From assembly GCA_049519355.1 (NCBI GenBank), contig JBEKQV010000003.1:83646-147645 (forward strand): a DNA stretch of 64,000 nucleotides, read 5' to 3'. This document shows, piece by piece, positions 9,364 to 19,989 of the stretch. How positions within the stretch are numbered: the first letter of the stretch is position 1; every line of letters starts with the position of its first letter. Position numbers and translations under genes: made by a program. The DNA is from Candidatus Microgenomates bacterium. GTDB lineage: Bacteria > Patescibacteriota > Microgenomatia > UBA8517. The notes beneath the pieces were generated by a model. It was not told the origin of the DNA and made no database searches. It saw nothing but the letters and a program-made list of their open reading frames with translations.

Positions 9364-10062
9364 TTATTTGATTATGACTCTTTGCTTGTGATCACGCCCG
9401 TCTTTAACAACCTTTCCGTCCAATATGTGAATAATTCTCTGAGCATGTTCAGCAATATCCGATTCGTGAGTAATCATTACAATTGTGTGGCCTTCTTTGT
9501 TTAACTTTTGAAAAATCGCCATAATTTCGGCAGCTTGGCTGGAAGCAATATTTCCTGTAGGTTCATCAGCCAAAATTATTGAAGGGTTCATAACAAGACT
9601 CCGGGCTATAGCAACCCTTTGCTGTTGTCCTCCCGAAAGTTGATTCGGAGCGTTATTTAATCTATCGGACAGTCCCACCATGTCCAAATATTTCCTAGCG
9701 ATTTTTTCCCTATCAACCTTATCAACACCGCCGTAAGTCATCGGAAGCTCAACGTTTTTAAGAGCTGAGGTTCTCGGAAGCAAGTTAAAAAACTGAAAGA
9801 TAAAACCGATTTTTCTGTTTCTGATATCAGCCAGTTCATCATCGGAAAGATTTTCTACATTTTCCCCATCAAGTACATAAGTACCGGAGGTTGGAGTATC
9901 CAAGGCGCCAATTATATGCATTAAGGTTGACTTGCCAGATCCCGAAGGACCCATTATTGCCACAAATTCGCCTTTTTTTATCTCAAATGAAACATCATCA
10001 AGCGCTTTAACCTCAACGTCTCCAGTTTGATAGATTTTACTTACATGAGAAACACTAATCAT
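9364..10062 (-). CDS. MacB/LolD-type ABC transporter ATP-binding protein
   Basis: [30 protein letters not shown]. Confidence 0.95.
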   Translation of the reverse strand: MISVSHVSKIYQTGDVEVKALDDVSFEIKKGEFVAIMGPSGSGKSTLMHIIGALDTPTSGTYVLDGENVENLSDDELADIRNRKIGFIFQFFNLLPRTSALKNVELPMTYGGVDKVDREKIARKYLDMVGLSDRLNNAPNQLSGGQQQRVAIARSLVMNPSIILADEPTGNIASSQAAEIMAIFQKLNKEGHTIVMITHESDIAEHAQRIIHILDGKVVKDGRDHKQRVIIK

Positions 10063-10067
10063 GAAGA

Positions 10068-11426
10068 CTAACCTCCTCTCCCTCCGGTTACGGCCCTGAT
10101 TGTCCCTCCGCCAAACCCGCCGGTTCCGGAACTGAATACGGATCTTGTCGAAGAAGTGGTTGAACTTGCCGCAACGGTTCCCGTAATCACAGTTTCACCT
10201 TCGGTTAGTCCCGAGGTTATAACAGTATTTGTATCATCGGAAATTCCAACCTCAACCGGCACCTGAACCTCTTTGCCGTTTTGTAGTACTTGGGCATAAT
10301 TTTGTCCGTTTTGGGTTACGAGAGCCGCCGAAGGAATATAAAGTGCATCGGTCGCGGTCGAGGTAATAATATTTGCCGTTGCGGCCATGTTGGGCAAGAT
10401 TTGATCACTGCCGCTATCAAGCTTGATATTTACTCCATAGCTTGTAACGTTTGAGGAAACTGTTCCGATTCTGTCAACCGTCGCCACAACTCCGGTAAAA
10501 GTCTCATTTGTAATGGAATCAAAAGTGATTGTTGCTTTTTGTCCTATTTGAACATTCGGCACGTCGGTTTCTCCCAAAGTTACGTTAACAATCGGGGTGG
10601 CGTTATTCTTAATAACCGCGATCCTCTGCGAAGAGACGGCACCCGATGTTGAGTTTGTACTTGCTGTGATAACCATTCCTTCAACCAAATTAATGTCAGC
10701 TATTGTTCCTGTATAAGGAGCCGTAATTGTAGGAGAGGAAAGCTGCAAATTGACGGCAGCATTGCTTAAAGATATTTTGGCCTGGTTCAAAGTCGTTTGC
10801 TGATTTTCAAAACTGGCCTGAGCCGCAAGCCAGGCATCGTTTTCCTGAATATAAGTAGGATCAGTCGTATCCAAGTTCCTGGCAGCGGCATCGTTTACAA
10901 AAGCCTGATTTGCCTTAAACTCAGCCGATTGAAGGTTGTAATAATCATTCTGGGCCGAAACCAAACCACTCTGGGCCGAATAATAACTTGAAAGAGCCTG
11001 TGCATATTGCTGTTGTCCGGTTTGGTCCACAGTAATATCGGCAATCTTCTGACCTTGAAACACGCTGTCCCCGTCTTTTACATAAACTTTGGAAACAATA
11101 CCTGAAGTATCTGTACTTATTGGAAGAACACTTGTTGAAATTGCCCGGCCCGAGGCACTCACCGTAGAAACAACTGTCCCTTTTTGAACTGTTGAAGTCT
11201 GATATTGGACCTTATTGGCACCAGCCGTGACCAGCCTCCAGATCCCAAAAATCATTAGGAGAACGATGATAATAGCTCCAACCATTCTCATTTTACCGGC
11301 ACGGATCCAGCCAAAAAAAGATTTTATTTTCGAACCGGTTTTTTGCCAAAAGTTAGGCTTAATTTCAGATTCATTGATAATGTCTGGTCCGACAATTTCT
11401 TTTTCCTCTTTTGTCTTTTTTGCCAT
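10068..11426 (-). CDS. MacA-like membrane fusion protein
   Basis: N-terminal TM, lipoyl half motifs (SGIVSKVYVKDGDSV; ITAPYTGTI), coiled hairpin, LPNMAA, SGLTEGETVI. Confidence 0.9.
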   Translation of the reverse strand: MAKKTKEEKEIVGPDIINESEIKPNFWQKTGSKIKSFFGWIRAGKMRMVGAIIIVLLMIFGIWRLVTAGANKVQYQTSTVQKGTVVSTVSASGRAISTSVLPISTDTSGIVSKVYVKDGDSVFQGQKIADITVDQTGQQQYAQALSSYYSAQSGLVSAQNDYYNLQSAEFKANQAFVNDAAARNLDTTDPTYIQENDAWLAAQASFENQQTTLNQAKISLSNAAVNLQLSSPTITAPYTGTIADINLVEGMVITASTNSTSGAVSSQRIAVIKNNATPIVNVTLGETDVPNVQIGQKATITFDSITNETFTGVVATVDRIGTVSSNVTSYGVNIKLDSGSDQILPNMAATANIITSTATDALYIPSAALVTQNGQNYAQVLQNGKEVQVPVEVGISDDTNTVITSGLTEGETVITGTVAASSTTSSTRSVFSSGTGGFGGGTIRAVTGGRGG

Positions 11427-11475
11427 AAATATAGGTAAATTATTATACCTTGCAGCCGTATTCTGAGTCCAGATG

Positions 11476-11490
11476 CTGAAAGCAAGCTTA
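11476..11490 (-). promoter_or_regulatory. Direct-repeat operator copy 4 (TAAG-N7-TCAG)
   Basis: + strand ctgaaagcaagctta in the macA / glycosyltransferase divergent intergenic region. Confidence 0.55.
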
Positions 11491-11519
11491 GAGTAATCAA
11501 CCTGATATAATAAATCTTA

Positions 11520-12671
11520 GTGAACATTTTAATCGCCACCGAAACATACCTTCCTTATATTTCCGGAGTTGCGGTTTCAACAGACTCGATTGCCAGGTAT
11601 ATGGTTTCGCAGGGGCATAGTGTTACCGTGGTTGCCCCAACATATAATATTGATAAACCCGTAACTCCTATGCCCGGATTAACAATAGTAAGAATCCCCT
11701 CTATCCCCAATCCGTTTTACCGAGGTATGTCTTCCGCAATTTTTCCCTTCTGCCTTCCCTATATTGAAAAAGTCTTCAAGGGACAAAAATTTGATATCGT
11801 CCATATTCAGGAACCCACTGCAATTGGAATTTCGGCCCTAATTCTGGCCAAAAAATATAAAATTCCTGTCGTTGGAGCGCTTCATTTTACCCCGGAACAA
11901 ATAAGCCGTATGGTCCCGGGGAAGCCGGAAAAAATAGTTAGCCCCCTCGTCAGAAAGTACATAAAATTTATTTACAATAAATACGACGCAGTCATGGTGC
12001 CTACCCAAACTTTTGCGGATTTTCTGGTTGGCGATGGGGTAAAAAAACATATTGAGGTGGTCTCAAATGGAGTCAACATAAACAATTTTCACCCGGCAAG
12101 TCGTAGTGAGGCAATCAGAAAAAAACTTGGTATAGGCAAAGAGGATGTTGTATTTTTCTTTCTGGGAAGACTCGAACTGGACAAAAACGTAATTACTCTT
12201 ATTAAAGCCCTACCTTACGTCGGTGAAAAGATGAAGCTCCTTGTCGTCGGAACCGGAAAGATAGAAAAGGTTTTACATTCGCTGGCAAGTAGGTTAAAAG
12301 TCGAGGATAGGATTATTTGGGTTAAACATATAACTGATGCCGAAATGCCGGATTATTACCACGTAGCAGACTGTTTCACCATTATGTCTCCTTACGAAGT
12401 TCAAAGCATTGTTACTCTTCAGGCAATTGCATCAGGACTTCCGATTATTGCCGCGCGTGCAGGTGCCCTGCCGGAACTATGTAGGGACCATAAGAACGGC
12501 TTTTTGGTTGATACTTACGATTACAAAACCTTGGCTGCCAGAATGGATGAACTCTATCACAACAAAAAAATGCGCGACGACTTTGGAAAGGAAAGTAGAA
12601 AAATGAGCCTTGCTCACAATAAACCTGACGTACTTCACAAACTGGAGTTACTTTACAAAAGTCTTGCCTAG
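11520..12671 (+). CDS. GT4 glycosyltransferase (glycolipid synthase-like)
   Basis: ETYLPYISGVAVS, DIVHIQ, GRLELDKN, EVQSIVTLQAIASGLP. Confidence 0.9.
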   Translation: MNILIATETYLPYISGVAVSTDSIARYMVSQGHSVTVVAPTYNIDKPVTPMPGLTIVRIPSIPNPFYRGMSSAIFPFCLPYIEKVFKGQKFDIVHIQEPTAIGISALILAKKYKIPVVGALHFTPEQISRMVPGKPEKIVSPLVRKYIKFIYNKYDAVMVPTQTFADFLVGDGVKKHIEVVSNGVNINNFHPASRSEAIRKKLGIGKEDVVFFFLGRLELDKNVITLIKALPYVGEKMKLLVVGTGKIEKVLHSLASRLKVEDRIIWVKHITDAEMPDYYHVADCFTIMSPYEVQSIVTLQAIASGLPIIAARAGALPELCRDHKNGFLVDTYDYKTLAARMDELYHNKKMRDDFGKESRKMSLAHNKPDVLHKLELLYKSLA

Positions 12672-13703
12672 ATTAAGCTTTCCCTGAGCCGACGGAAGTT
12701 GAACCGAAAATGTACTTCCCTTACCGACAACGCTTACCACTTTAATCTTTCCGTTCATTTTATCGACAATCGACTTGGCTATGGATAGACCCAGTCCATA
12801 ACCGTCAACTTTTTCATTGGACCTTGACGTTTCAACCCTATAGAATCTGTCAAAAATATGCGGAAGCTCGGCTTCGCTTACACCAACCCCAAAATCCTCA
12901 ACTTCGAAAATTCCACCATTTTTTGTCCTGACTACAATCCTCTTACTTTTACCTGAATATTTTATGGCGTTGTCTATTAGTATTGTTGCAAGTTCGGTTA
13001 GAGCGCTTTCATTGGTGCTAACCTCAACTTTCGGCAGGTTTGCATTTATTTTGATCCTTCTCGCAATCGCAAGAGGTCTGACCTTTTCGATTGCGGCAAG
13101 CATTACTTTACTCAAGTCAACTTTTCCGGTTTCAAGTTTAATATCAGAATTTTCATACTTATTGAGCTCAAGCAAATAATTTGAAAGACGCTGCATGTGG
13201 TTAACATCTTCCAGGTTGCTTTTCAAAAGCTTTTTGGCTTCACCGATATCTATTTTTTTGTCCCTTAGCGCAACTTCAATTTCGGTCTTAAGCGATGTCA
13301 GCGGAGTACGGAGTTCATGAGATGCATTTCCGACAAATTCCTTTTGATCTTCAACCATTTTTGATATCGGGTCCAGAGTGAGTCCCGCCAGAATGTACCC
13401 GCCGGCACCGGAGAGAATCAAAATTGAAAGATTTATAATTCCAAGAATGGAAATAATCCGGACCCTGGCTTCCTCCACAGTTTCCGAGTCGAGAGATTGA
13501 ACTTCAGGAGGAACCGAAAGCCCATTTTGCGTCAAGAAGCTGCTAATTGTATCGACTCTCTCCTGTCTAACTCTTTGCAAATTGTCAATTCTCGTAAGTT
13601 CTCTATCGACACTGACATAAATTGCTATCGAAAAACTAAGACTTATCACCATGATGATGAGAAGATACCAACCGGTGAGTCTTATTCGTGCTTTCTCAAA
13701 CAT
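12648..13703 (-). CDS. Sensor histidine kinase
   Basis: Two TM helices, H-box ASHELRTPLT, N-box DNAIKYS, DFGVG, FDRFYR, GYGLGLSI; start placed at MFEKAR. Confidence 0.95.
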   Translation of the reverse strand: MFEKARIRLTGWYLLIIMVISLSFSIAIYVSVDRELTRIDNLQRVRQERVDTISSFLTQNGLSVPPEVQSLDSETVEEARVRIISILGIINLSILILSGAGGYILAGLTLDPISKMVEDQKEFVGNASHELRTPLTSLKTEIEVALRDKKIDIGEAKKLLKSNLEDVNHMQRLSNYLLELNKYENSDIKLETGKVDLSKVMLAAIEKVRPLAIARRIKINANLPKVEVSTNESALTELATILIDNAIKYSGKSKRIVVRTKNGGIFEVEDFGVGVSEAELPHIFDRFYRVETSRSNEKVDGYGLGLSIAKSIVDKMNGKIKVVSVVGKGSTFSVQLPSAQGKLNLGKTFVK

Positions 13704-13723
13704 TTTCGATTTTACTATCAGCG

Positions 13724-14404
13724 TCACCGCTGAGAGCCAAGGTTTGAATCATATTCTATTTTATAACCAAACCCTCTGACCGTCTTTATAAAATCGCCAC
13801 CAATTTTATCACGCAAGTAACCAACAAAAACTTCAACTGTATTAGGTAAGATATCACTCTCATAGTCCCAGACATGAGCAATGATATTCTCCTTGGAAAC
13901 AACCTTGCCTGCGTTGCGCATAAGATATTCCAAAAGTGCAAATTCTTTCCTAGAAAGCTCAATCACCTTACTGCCTTTTTTCACTTCAAAACTATTTACA
14001 TTAAGTTCAAGATCTTTTACCTTTAAGGTGGTTCCGATTCCTTCTTTGGGACGACGGGAAAGTGCCCTAACTCTGGCCAAAAGTTCTTCAAAAGCAAACG
14101 GTTTGACCAAATAATCATCCGCACCTGTATTTAGACCATTAACTTTATCGGCGAGCTCGCCTCTCGCGGTGAGTATTAAAATCGGAGTGTGATTCTCTTC
14201 GGCACGTAGCTTCCGGCAAATTTCCATTCCGTCCATCCTTGGAAGCATCAAGTCAAGTACAATCACGTCATAATCTTCGGATGAAGCCATGTCGAATCCG
14301 GTTTCGCCATCATAGGCAACGTCGGTTGCCCAAGACTCCTGTTCAAACCCACGTTTTATGGAGTTGGCAATTTTGTGTTCGTCTTCTACAACAAGTATTC
14401 TCAT
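13724..14404 (-). CDS. OmpR/PhoB family response regulator
   Basis: ILVVEDE, LDLMLP, GADDYLVKPF, winged-helix KTVRGFGY. Confidence 0.95.
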   Translation of the reverse strand: MRILVVEDEHKIANSIKRGFEQESWATDVAYDGETGFDMASSEDYDVIVLDLMLPRMDGMEICRKLRAEENHTPILILTARGELADKVNGLNTGADDYLVKPFAFEELLARVRALSRRPKEGIGTTLKVKDLELNVNSFEVKKGSKVIELSRKEFALLEYLMRNAGKVVSKENIIAHVWDYESDILPNTVEVFVGYLRDKIGGDFIKTVRGFGYKIEYDSNLGSQR

Positions 14405-14433
14405 GAGTTGAAGCCAATATTATATCATTTTAG

Positions 14434-14448
14434 CTGAAAACCAGCTGA
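14434..14448 (-). promoter_or_regulatory. Direct-repeat operator copy 5 (TCAG-N7-TCAG), probable autoregulatory site
   Basis: + strand ctgaaaaccagctga; 9 nt upstream of TATAAT (extended TGaTATAAT) preceding the response regulator. Confidence 0.65.
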
Positions 14449-14512
14449 GGGCCAACTCCGCTACTATATGACTCTTGCAATCACGGACTGATATAGTTTA
14501 CAATTTTACATT

Positions 14513-15316
14513 GTGGCAAACGAAAATATTATCGAGGTAAAGAATTTAGTCAGAAAATTCGGCACTTATTCAGCGGTTGATAATATCTCCTTTGATGTAA
14601 AAAAAGGAGAAATTTTTGCGTTCCTTGGACCTAACGGTGCAGGAAAAACGACATCAATTAAAATGCTGACAACACTTCTCCACCCAACTTCCGGCAATAT
14701 TCTCATAAACGGATTTAATCCCGTAACCCAACAACACGATGCCAGAAAATCGTTTGGAATTGTTTTCCAGGATCCATCTCTTGATGATGAGTTGACGGCT
14801 TATGAAAATTTGGAATTCCATGGGGTAATTTACGGAGTTCCAAATCCACTGAGAAAACAAAGAATTGAGGAGCTTTTGAAATATGTCGATCTTTGGGAAA
14901 GACGCAATTCTTTAGTTAAAACTTTTTCCGGAGGGATGAAAAGAAGGCTTGAAATTGCACGGGGTCTTCTTCATCACCCCAAGATTTTCTTTTTGGATGA
15001 ACCGACTCTTGGACTTGATCCCCAAACCAGAAATCATATTTGGAGTTACATAAAGGCCCTAAACAAAAAAGAAGGTATCACTGTATTTTTCACAACACAC
15101 TATATGGATGAAGCCGCGCGTGTTGCCGACCGCGTTGCAATTATTGACCATGGTAACATTATCCAAACCGGTACCGTCCCAGAGCTACTTAAAAAGACCA
15201 AGAAAACCAATCTTGAGGATGCTTTCCTGGCCATGACCGGACACGAAATCAGAGATGAATCGATTGGCGCACAGGAACAATTTAGAATGCACCACCAGAC
15301 TTGGACAAGACACTAA
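14513..15316 (+). CDS. DrrA-like ABC exporter ATP-binding protein
   Basis: GPNGAGKTT, FSGGMKRRLEIAR, FLDEPTLGLDP, TTHYMDEA. Confidence 0.95.
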   Translation: MANENIIEVKNLVRKFGTYSAVDNISFDVKKGEIFAFLGPNGAGKTTSIKMLTTLLHPTSGNILINGFNPVTQQHDARKSFGIVFQDPSLDDELTAYENLEFHGVIYGVPNPLRKQRIEELLKYVDLWERRNSLVKTFSGGMKRRLEIARGLLHHPKIFFLDEPTLGLDPQTRNHIWSYIKALNKKEGITVFFTTHYMDEAARVADRVAIIDHGNIIQTGTVPELLKKTKKTNLEDAFLAMTGHEIRDESIGAQEQFRMHHQTWTRH

Positions 15317-15319
15317 AAT

Positions 15320-16066
15320 ATGAAATCTATATATATTATCTGGCTCAGACAACTTAAGAGATATTTCCGTTCCCGCTCAAGAATTGTAGGAAGTTTGGGA
15401 CAACCGATTCTTTTCCTTGTCGCACTCGGATTTGGTCTGGGACCCGTTTTTGCCAAAGCCGGACAAGGAAACTATCTTGAATTCATTGCTCCCGGAATAA
15501 TTTCCATGAGCATTCTTTTCACCGCCGTATTCTCCGGAATTGAAATTATTTGGGACAGGCAATTCGGATTTTTGAAGGAACTCTTGGTTGCACCCGTAAC
15601 AAGGTGGCAAATAATGATTGGTAGAACCATTGGAGGCGCAACTGTCGCGGTTTTTCAGGGAATAATTGTTTTAATTCTTTCTCTATTCTTCGGATTTAAG
15701 ATAGAAACATTTACACTTGTTCCACAGATGCTTCTTTTTATGATTTTGATTGCGCTTCTTTTCACCGCGCTCGGAACAGCCATTGCATCAATTCTCGAGG
15801 ATATGCAAGGATTCCAACTTATTATGAACTTTCTCATCATGCCCCTCTTCTTCCTTTCAGGAGCCCTCTTCCCTCTTTCCGGAGTCCCGGGAGTACTTAA
15901 TGTCGTTGCCAGTATCGATCCCCTCTCTTATGGGGTTGACGGTTTAAGAGGTGCTATTACAAATTCATTTCATTTTGGTCTTCCAGCGGACCTACTGGTT
16001 CTTTCAATCGCCACCGCAGTCCTAATCGGCATCGGTACTTATCTCTTCAGTAAGATACAAATATAA
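15320..16066 (+). CDS. ABC-2 type permease (DrrB-like)
   Basis: WDRQFGFLKELLVAPV, FFLSGALFP, DPLSYGVD. Confidence 0.93.
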   Translation: MKSIYIIWLRQLKRYFRSRSRIVGSLGQPILFLVALGFGLGPVFAKAGQGNYLEFIAPGIISMSILFTAVFSGIEIIWDRQFGFLKELLVAPVTRWQIMIGRTIGGATVAVFQGIIVLILSLFFGFKIETFTLVPQMLLFMILIALLFTALGTAIASILEDMQGFQLIMNFLIMPLFFLSGALFPLSGVPGVLNVVASIDPLSYGVDGLRGAITNSFHFGLPADLLVLSIATAVLIGIGTYLFSKIQI

Positions 16067-16111
16067 AAATCAAGCCTTGATTTTGCTTCACCTTTCCGAC
16101 AGAATTTCTAA

Positions 16112-16450
16112 ATGACCAAATACAAGGAATACTTCGATAAAATGGTTTCAGAAAACAAAGATGCCTTTGACGCCTTTATCTCCGCTCATTTCGAATACTC
16201 TACCAACCAGGATAAATACCAAGAGCAGTTTAATTCGGAGGGTGAAAAAATCTTAAAGATCATTCACGAGTGGGAAGATAGATTATGTAAACATTCAGAA
16301 GGCGCAGGATTTGGGAAATATACTTCAAATTTAGCTGAGAAATTTCAAACCGAAGTTAAAAGCCACTTTCCTCTCATCGACCACATCGGAATTATTGTAA
16401 CCAAACACGCGGCTCCGGAAAAATTCACTCTAAAGAAAATTACCTTTTAA
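16112..16450 (+). CDS. Hypothetical cytoplasmic protein
   Basis: 112-aa ORF with normal composition (WEDRLCKHSE...YTSNLAEKF), filling the gap between genes. Confidence 0.75.
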   Translation: MTKYKEYFDKMVSENKDAFDAFISAHFEYSTNQDKYQEQFNSEGEKILKIIHEWEDRLCKHSEGAGFGKYTSNLAEKFQTEVKSHFPLIDHIGIIVTKHAAPEKFTLKKITF

Positions 16451-17058
16451 ATCACCAGAAGAATTGCCCCAATAATCGCCGCGGCCCCGACTCCTGCCCC
16501 GACAACCGTTGGCCAATCAGTCCCTGTAACCGGAATGGGAAGCGGGCTTGTCTGCACCAGGGGCTTTGCGGAAGCACTGGCTGTTGGTGTAGCAGATGCT
16601 GTAGCGTTTAGTAAAGCACTTCCGCTTGCCGTAGGCATGATTGTTGGTGTAGGAGAAGGTGTTGAACAAAGCGTCAAATCAGTTGTCCAGGAAGCTCCAA
16701 TTGACGGACAGCAATATTGACTGGGACCACAGGCTTTAATTTGTCCAACCATCGCAAGAGTTGATGCACAACTAAAACTCTGTGGGGTTCCGTCGGCATT
16801 TGACGGATTGCAACTTAAAAGCAACCCCGGTTGTCCGACAACCGGACAGGCTTCAGCACTAGGACAAAGATTCGCAGCAGCTCTTTCCTGAACATTTTGT
16901 TGTTGTCTTACAAGAAGAACCCCCGCAACTACGCTAAGAATCAAAAAGACTACAATAACTATTGCAATTACCAATCCTTTTTTTCCACCCTTGCCGGATT
17001 TCTTGCTTGTAACTATTTCAAAAGGAGAGTTTGTGGCAGAATCATTTTGATTGGGCAT
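16447..17058 (-). CDS. Cys-rich surface protein with N-terminal TM, Pro/Thr/Ser linker and LPxTG-like C-terminal signal
   Basis: Eight Cys in about 70 aa; IPVTG followed by a hydrophobic helix. Confidence 0.75.
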   Translation of the reverse strand: MPNQNDSATNSPFEIVTSKKSGKGGKKGLVIAIVIVVFLILSVVAGVLLVRQQQNVQERAAANLCPSAEACPVVGQPGLLLSCNPSNADGTPQSFSCASTLAMVGQIKACGPSQYCCPSIGASWTTDLTLCSTPSPTPTIMPTASGSALLNATASATPTASASAKPLVQTSPLPIPVTGTDWPTVVGAGVGAAAIIGAILLVI

Positions 17059-17071
17059 AACTTATTATATC

Positions 17072-18472
17072 TCACAATTTAGCATTTTTGTCTTTAACCT
17101 CAAATCCTAATTTCTGAATTTGGTCCCGGATTTTATCCGCTTCTTTATAATTGCCATCAGACCGGAGTTTTTCCCTCTCTTCAAACAAAACCTTTACGTC
17201 TTCCGGGATTTCAACAACTTTCGCCTCTCCCAATTTCAACCCCAAAATTTCATCAAAACTCATAGCCAAATCGTACTTGTCGCCGGACGGAATATTGCTT
17301 TTGAGCATATCCCATGTAACGGCCAATGCCTCGGAAGTGTTTAAATCATCGCCCATCGCTTCCATGAAGCGGTTTCTGAACTCCTCCGTTTGTTCTTCCT
17401 TTTCCTGCGAAAGGGCGGTTCTTTCACTTTGTCCTTTAAGCGCAGAGACCTGATTCCTTAATTTATCCAAGGCATTTTGCGAAGCACTCAAAGAGTCCCA
17501 TGTAAAATTCAACGGGTCACGGTAGTGGGCACCAAGGTAAAGATAACGTAGAGCGAGAGGATCGAATCCCTTTTTCTCAACATCATCTACCGTGTAAAAA
17601 TTTCCCAAACTTTTACTCATCTTCCTGCCGTCAACCATAAGAAATGCCGTATGAATCCAATATTTTACAAAAGGAGACTTCCCGGTTGCCGCTTCGCTTT
17701 GTGCGATTTCATTTGGATGGTGAATGGAAAGATGGTCCTCCCCACCTGTATGGATATCAAATTGTTCTCCAAGGTATTTCATACTCATGGCAGAACATTC
17801 AATGTGCCAGCCGGGAAATCCGTCGCCCCAAGGAGATTCCCAATGCATGGTGTGGTTTTCAAATCTTCCAACCCTCTTGAACCAAAGTGCAAAGTCTTGG
17901 GGATTTCTTTTGTGCTCGCCTTTATTAATTTCCTCCCGGACTCCAATTTTCTTTTCTTCCAGTTTCTGTCCGAAAAGCTGATCATATTTTTTAAATTTTG
18001 TTATATCAAAATAGACCGCCTCAGGAGTGTCATAACCATAACCTTTGTCGACAAGTTTTTGAACCAGTTCAATTATTTCTTTTATATGATCCGTAGCTTT
18101 ACAAATAACATCAGGGCGGATCACGTTAAGTTTGTCCATTGAATCATAAAAATACTTCGAAAAAAATTCCGAGACTTCCCAAACGGTTTTACCAGTTTTA
18201 ACTGCACCTTTTTCCAGCTTATCCTCACCCTCGTCGGCATCCGAAACTAAATGCCCGACATCAGTCACATTTTCAACATGTTTTACTGTATAACCGCTTA
18301 CGGTAAGAAGTCTCTTGAGAATATCATCGGTAACATATTTCCGGCCATGACCTATATGCGCATAATCGTAAGCCGTAATTCCGCATGAGTACATTCCGAC
18401 ATCCGGGGGGTTAATAGGAATAAACTTTTCTTTTTTCCGGGTTAAAGAATTAGTTAAAAAAATATCCACCAC
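17072..18472 (-). CDS. cysS: Cysteine--tRNA ligase
   Basis: [29 protein letters not shown]. Confidence 0.98.
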   Translation of the reverse strand: MVDIFLTNSLTRKKEKFIPINPPDVGMYSCGITAYDYAHIGHGRKYVTDDILKRLLTVSGYTVKHVENVTDVGHLVSDADEGEDKLEKGAVKTGKTVWEVSEFFSKYFYDSMDKLNVIRPDVICKATDHIKEIIELVQKLVDKGYGYDTPEAVYFDITKFKKYDQLFGQKLEEKKIGVREEINKGEHKRNPQDFALWFKRVGRFENHTMHWESPWGDGFPGWHIECSAMSMKYLGEQFDIHTGGEDHLSIHHPNEIAQSEAATGKSPFVKYWIHTAFLMVDGRKMSKSLGNFYTVDDVEKKGFDPLALRYLYLGAHYRDPLNFTWDSLSASQNALDKLRNQVSALKGQSERTALSQEKEEQTEEFRNRFMEAMGDDLNTSEALAVTWDMLKSNIPSGDKYDLAMSFDEILGLKLGEAKVVEIPEDVKVLFEEREKLRSDGNYKEADKIRDQIQKLGFEVKDKNAKL

Positions 18473-18507
18473 GCTCTAATTGTAATTTGATAAGGACCAA
18501 ATGTAAA

Positions 18508-19047
18508 TCAGCCTGAAGGAGGAACCGGTTTTTCGACGTGAGTTTGCTCTCTTTGGGCCTCTTCCTTCCGTGTTTCCCCAAATCTCCGGCCTTTTTTGGA
18601 AGTTGGGGTTTTAAATCCTTCCTGAGACTGCGCATATGCCGCCTGTTGTTTTTGAAACTTCACGGCTTCCATTTGGGCTTTAAGTACTTGCTTTTGCTCC
18701 ATGGAAAGTTCCGCATAGTCTTCAAGCGGAATTTCAATTCCTTGGGCGATTTTTGCCTGAAGATCTTTAAACAAATCCTGCTTGTGAATATCTTTTAACT
18801 CCTGGTTGAGAGCCTCCATCCTGCGGGTCGTCTTCAAAGTATCCTGAAGTTTTTGCTGTTCCTGAAGATTCCTCTGTTGATTTTTGTTTTGACCCTGCTC
18901 CGGACCGGGCTGTGCTGGCGCTTCCGTATCGGAAACTTGCTCCTTGGCGGTTCTCAAAACCTCCAACGGTTCCTGTGCAATTTGCCTGGCAATTTTTTGG
19001 GCAAGATCGCGTGTTGTTTGACCGGTTTGTTTGGCAGTACTATTCAT
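18508..19047 (-). CDS. Hypothetical Gln/Glu/Lys-rich helical protein
   Basis: 179-aa ORF co-oriented and tightly packed between recR and cysS. Confidence 0.75.
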   Translation of the reverse strand: MNSTAKQTGQTTRDLAQKIARQIAQEPLEVLRTAKEQVSDTEAPAQPGPEQGQNKNQQRNLQEQQKLQDTLKTTRRMEALNQELKDIHKQDLFKDLQAKIAQGIEIPLEDYAELSMEQKQVLKAQMEAVKFQKQQAAYAQSQEGFKTPTSKKGRRFGETRKEEAQREQTHVEKPVPPSG

Positions 19048-19056
19048 TTAAGGTTT

Positions 19057-19659
19057 TTACAGTTCCCTTCTTCCCTCAAGTGCCTGTGTCAATGTTACTT
19101 CATCAGCATACTCCAGGTCGGCTCCGGTAGGAATTCCCATTCCGAGTCTCGTAACCCTTGGGTGTGAATTCGCTGCCGTTAATTGTTTTTTAAGGTACAT
19201 TGCCGTTGCTTCCCCTTCCATTGTCGGATTTGTTGCAATGATTATTTCTTTAACTTTACTTCCCTTAACCCTGTCGATAAGCGGGTCTATGTAAATTTCA
19301 TCCGGCCCTATATTTTCCAAAGGATTTATAGCCCCGTGCAGAACATGGTAAACACCCTTAAACCTACCCGTTTTTTCAAATGCCAAAATATCCAGCGGTT
19401 CCTCAACAACCATAATTTGGGTTTTATCACGGGATGGATCGGAGCAAATCGGACAAGGGTCAGTTTCGCTCACGTTTTTACAAACCGAGCAAAGAACAGT
19501 GTCTTTTTTAAGGCGGGAGATACTTTCTGCAAAATCATCAAGCTGGGTTTGAGGAACATGGAGCAAATAATAAGTAAGCCTTTGCGCCGATTTCGGACCG
19601 ATTCCGGGAAGTTTTTGGAAAGATTCAATTAAAGCTGCAATCGGACGCGCGATTTTCAT
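19057..19659 (-). CDS. recR: Recombination protein RecR
   Basis: LPGIGPKSAQR, C4 zinc finger, ATNPTMEGEATA, LEYADEVTL; start placed at MKIARP. Confidence 0.97.
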   Translation of the reverse strand: MKIARPIAALIESFQKLPGIGPKSAQRLTYYLLHVPQTQLDDFAESISRLKKDTVLCSVCKNVSETDPCPICSDPSRDKTQIMVVEEPLDILAFEKTGRFKGVYHVLHGAINPLENIGPDEIYIDPLIDRVKGSKVKEIIIATNPTMEGEATAMYLKKQLTAANSHPRVTRLGMGIPTGADLEYADEVTLTQALEGRREL

Positions 19660-19702
19660 AACATACCATTCTATCAAAAAAATGAAGTTTGTTTGCGAGA
19701 TT

Positions 19703-19987
19703 CTACTTAAGCCCGCCAAGAAGTCCACCAAGTCCTCCGCCCATTTCCATCATTTTTTTAGCGGACTCCTTCTGAACATCTTTCATTAAATCATTAATTA
19801 GATCGGTGAGATCCTTCAAATCCTCCTCGCCCTTTTTGATATAGCGGATTTTTTGGTCCCCGGTAACGGAAACCGAATACCCGTGTTTATCCTGAGTTTT
19901 AATAATTTTCTCAAGCTCCTTTTGAAGCTCCATCGCCTTCTGGCGCATCTTCGCCAAATCTTTTAGTTGATTGAATTTGTCAAACAT
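19703..19987 (-). CDS. ybaB: YbaB/EbfC nucleoid-associated protein
   Basis: Sits between dnaX and recR; VSVTGDQKI; Gly-rich tail. Confidence 0.85.
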   Translation of the reverse strand: MFDKFNQLKDLAKMRQKAMELQKELEKIIKTQDKHGYSVSVTGDQKIRYIKKGEEDLKDLTDLINDLMKDVQKESAKKMMEMGGGLGGLLGGLK

Positions 19988-19989
19988 GT

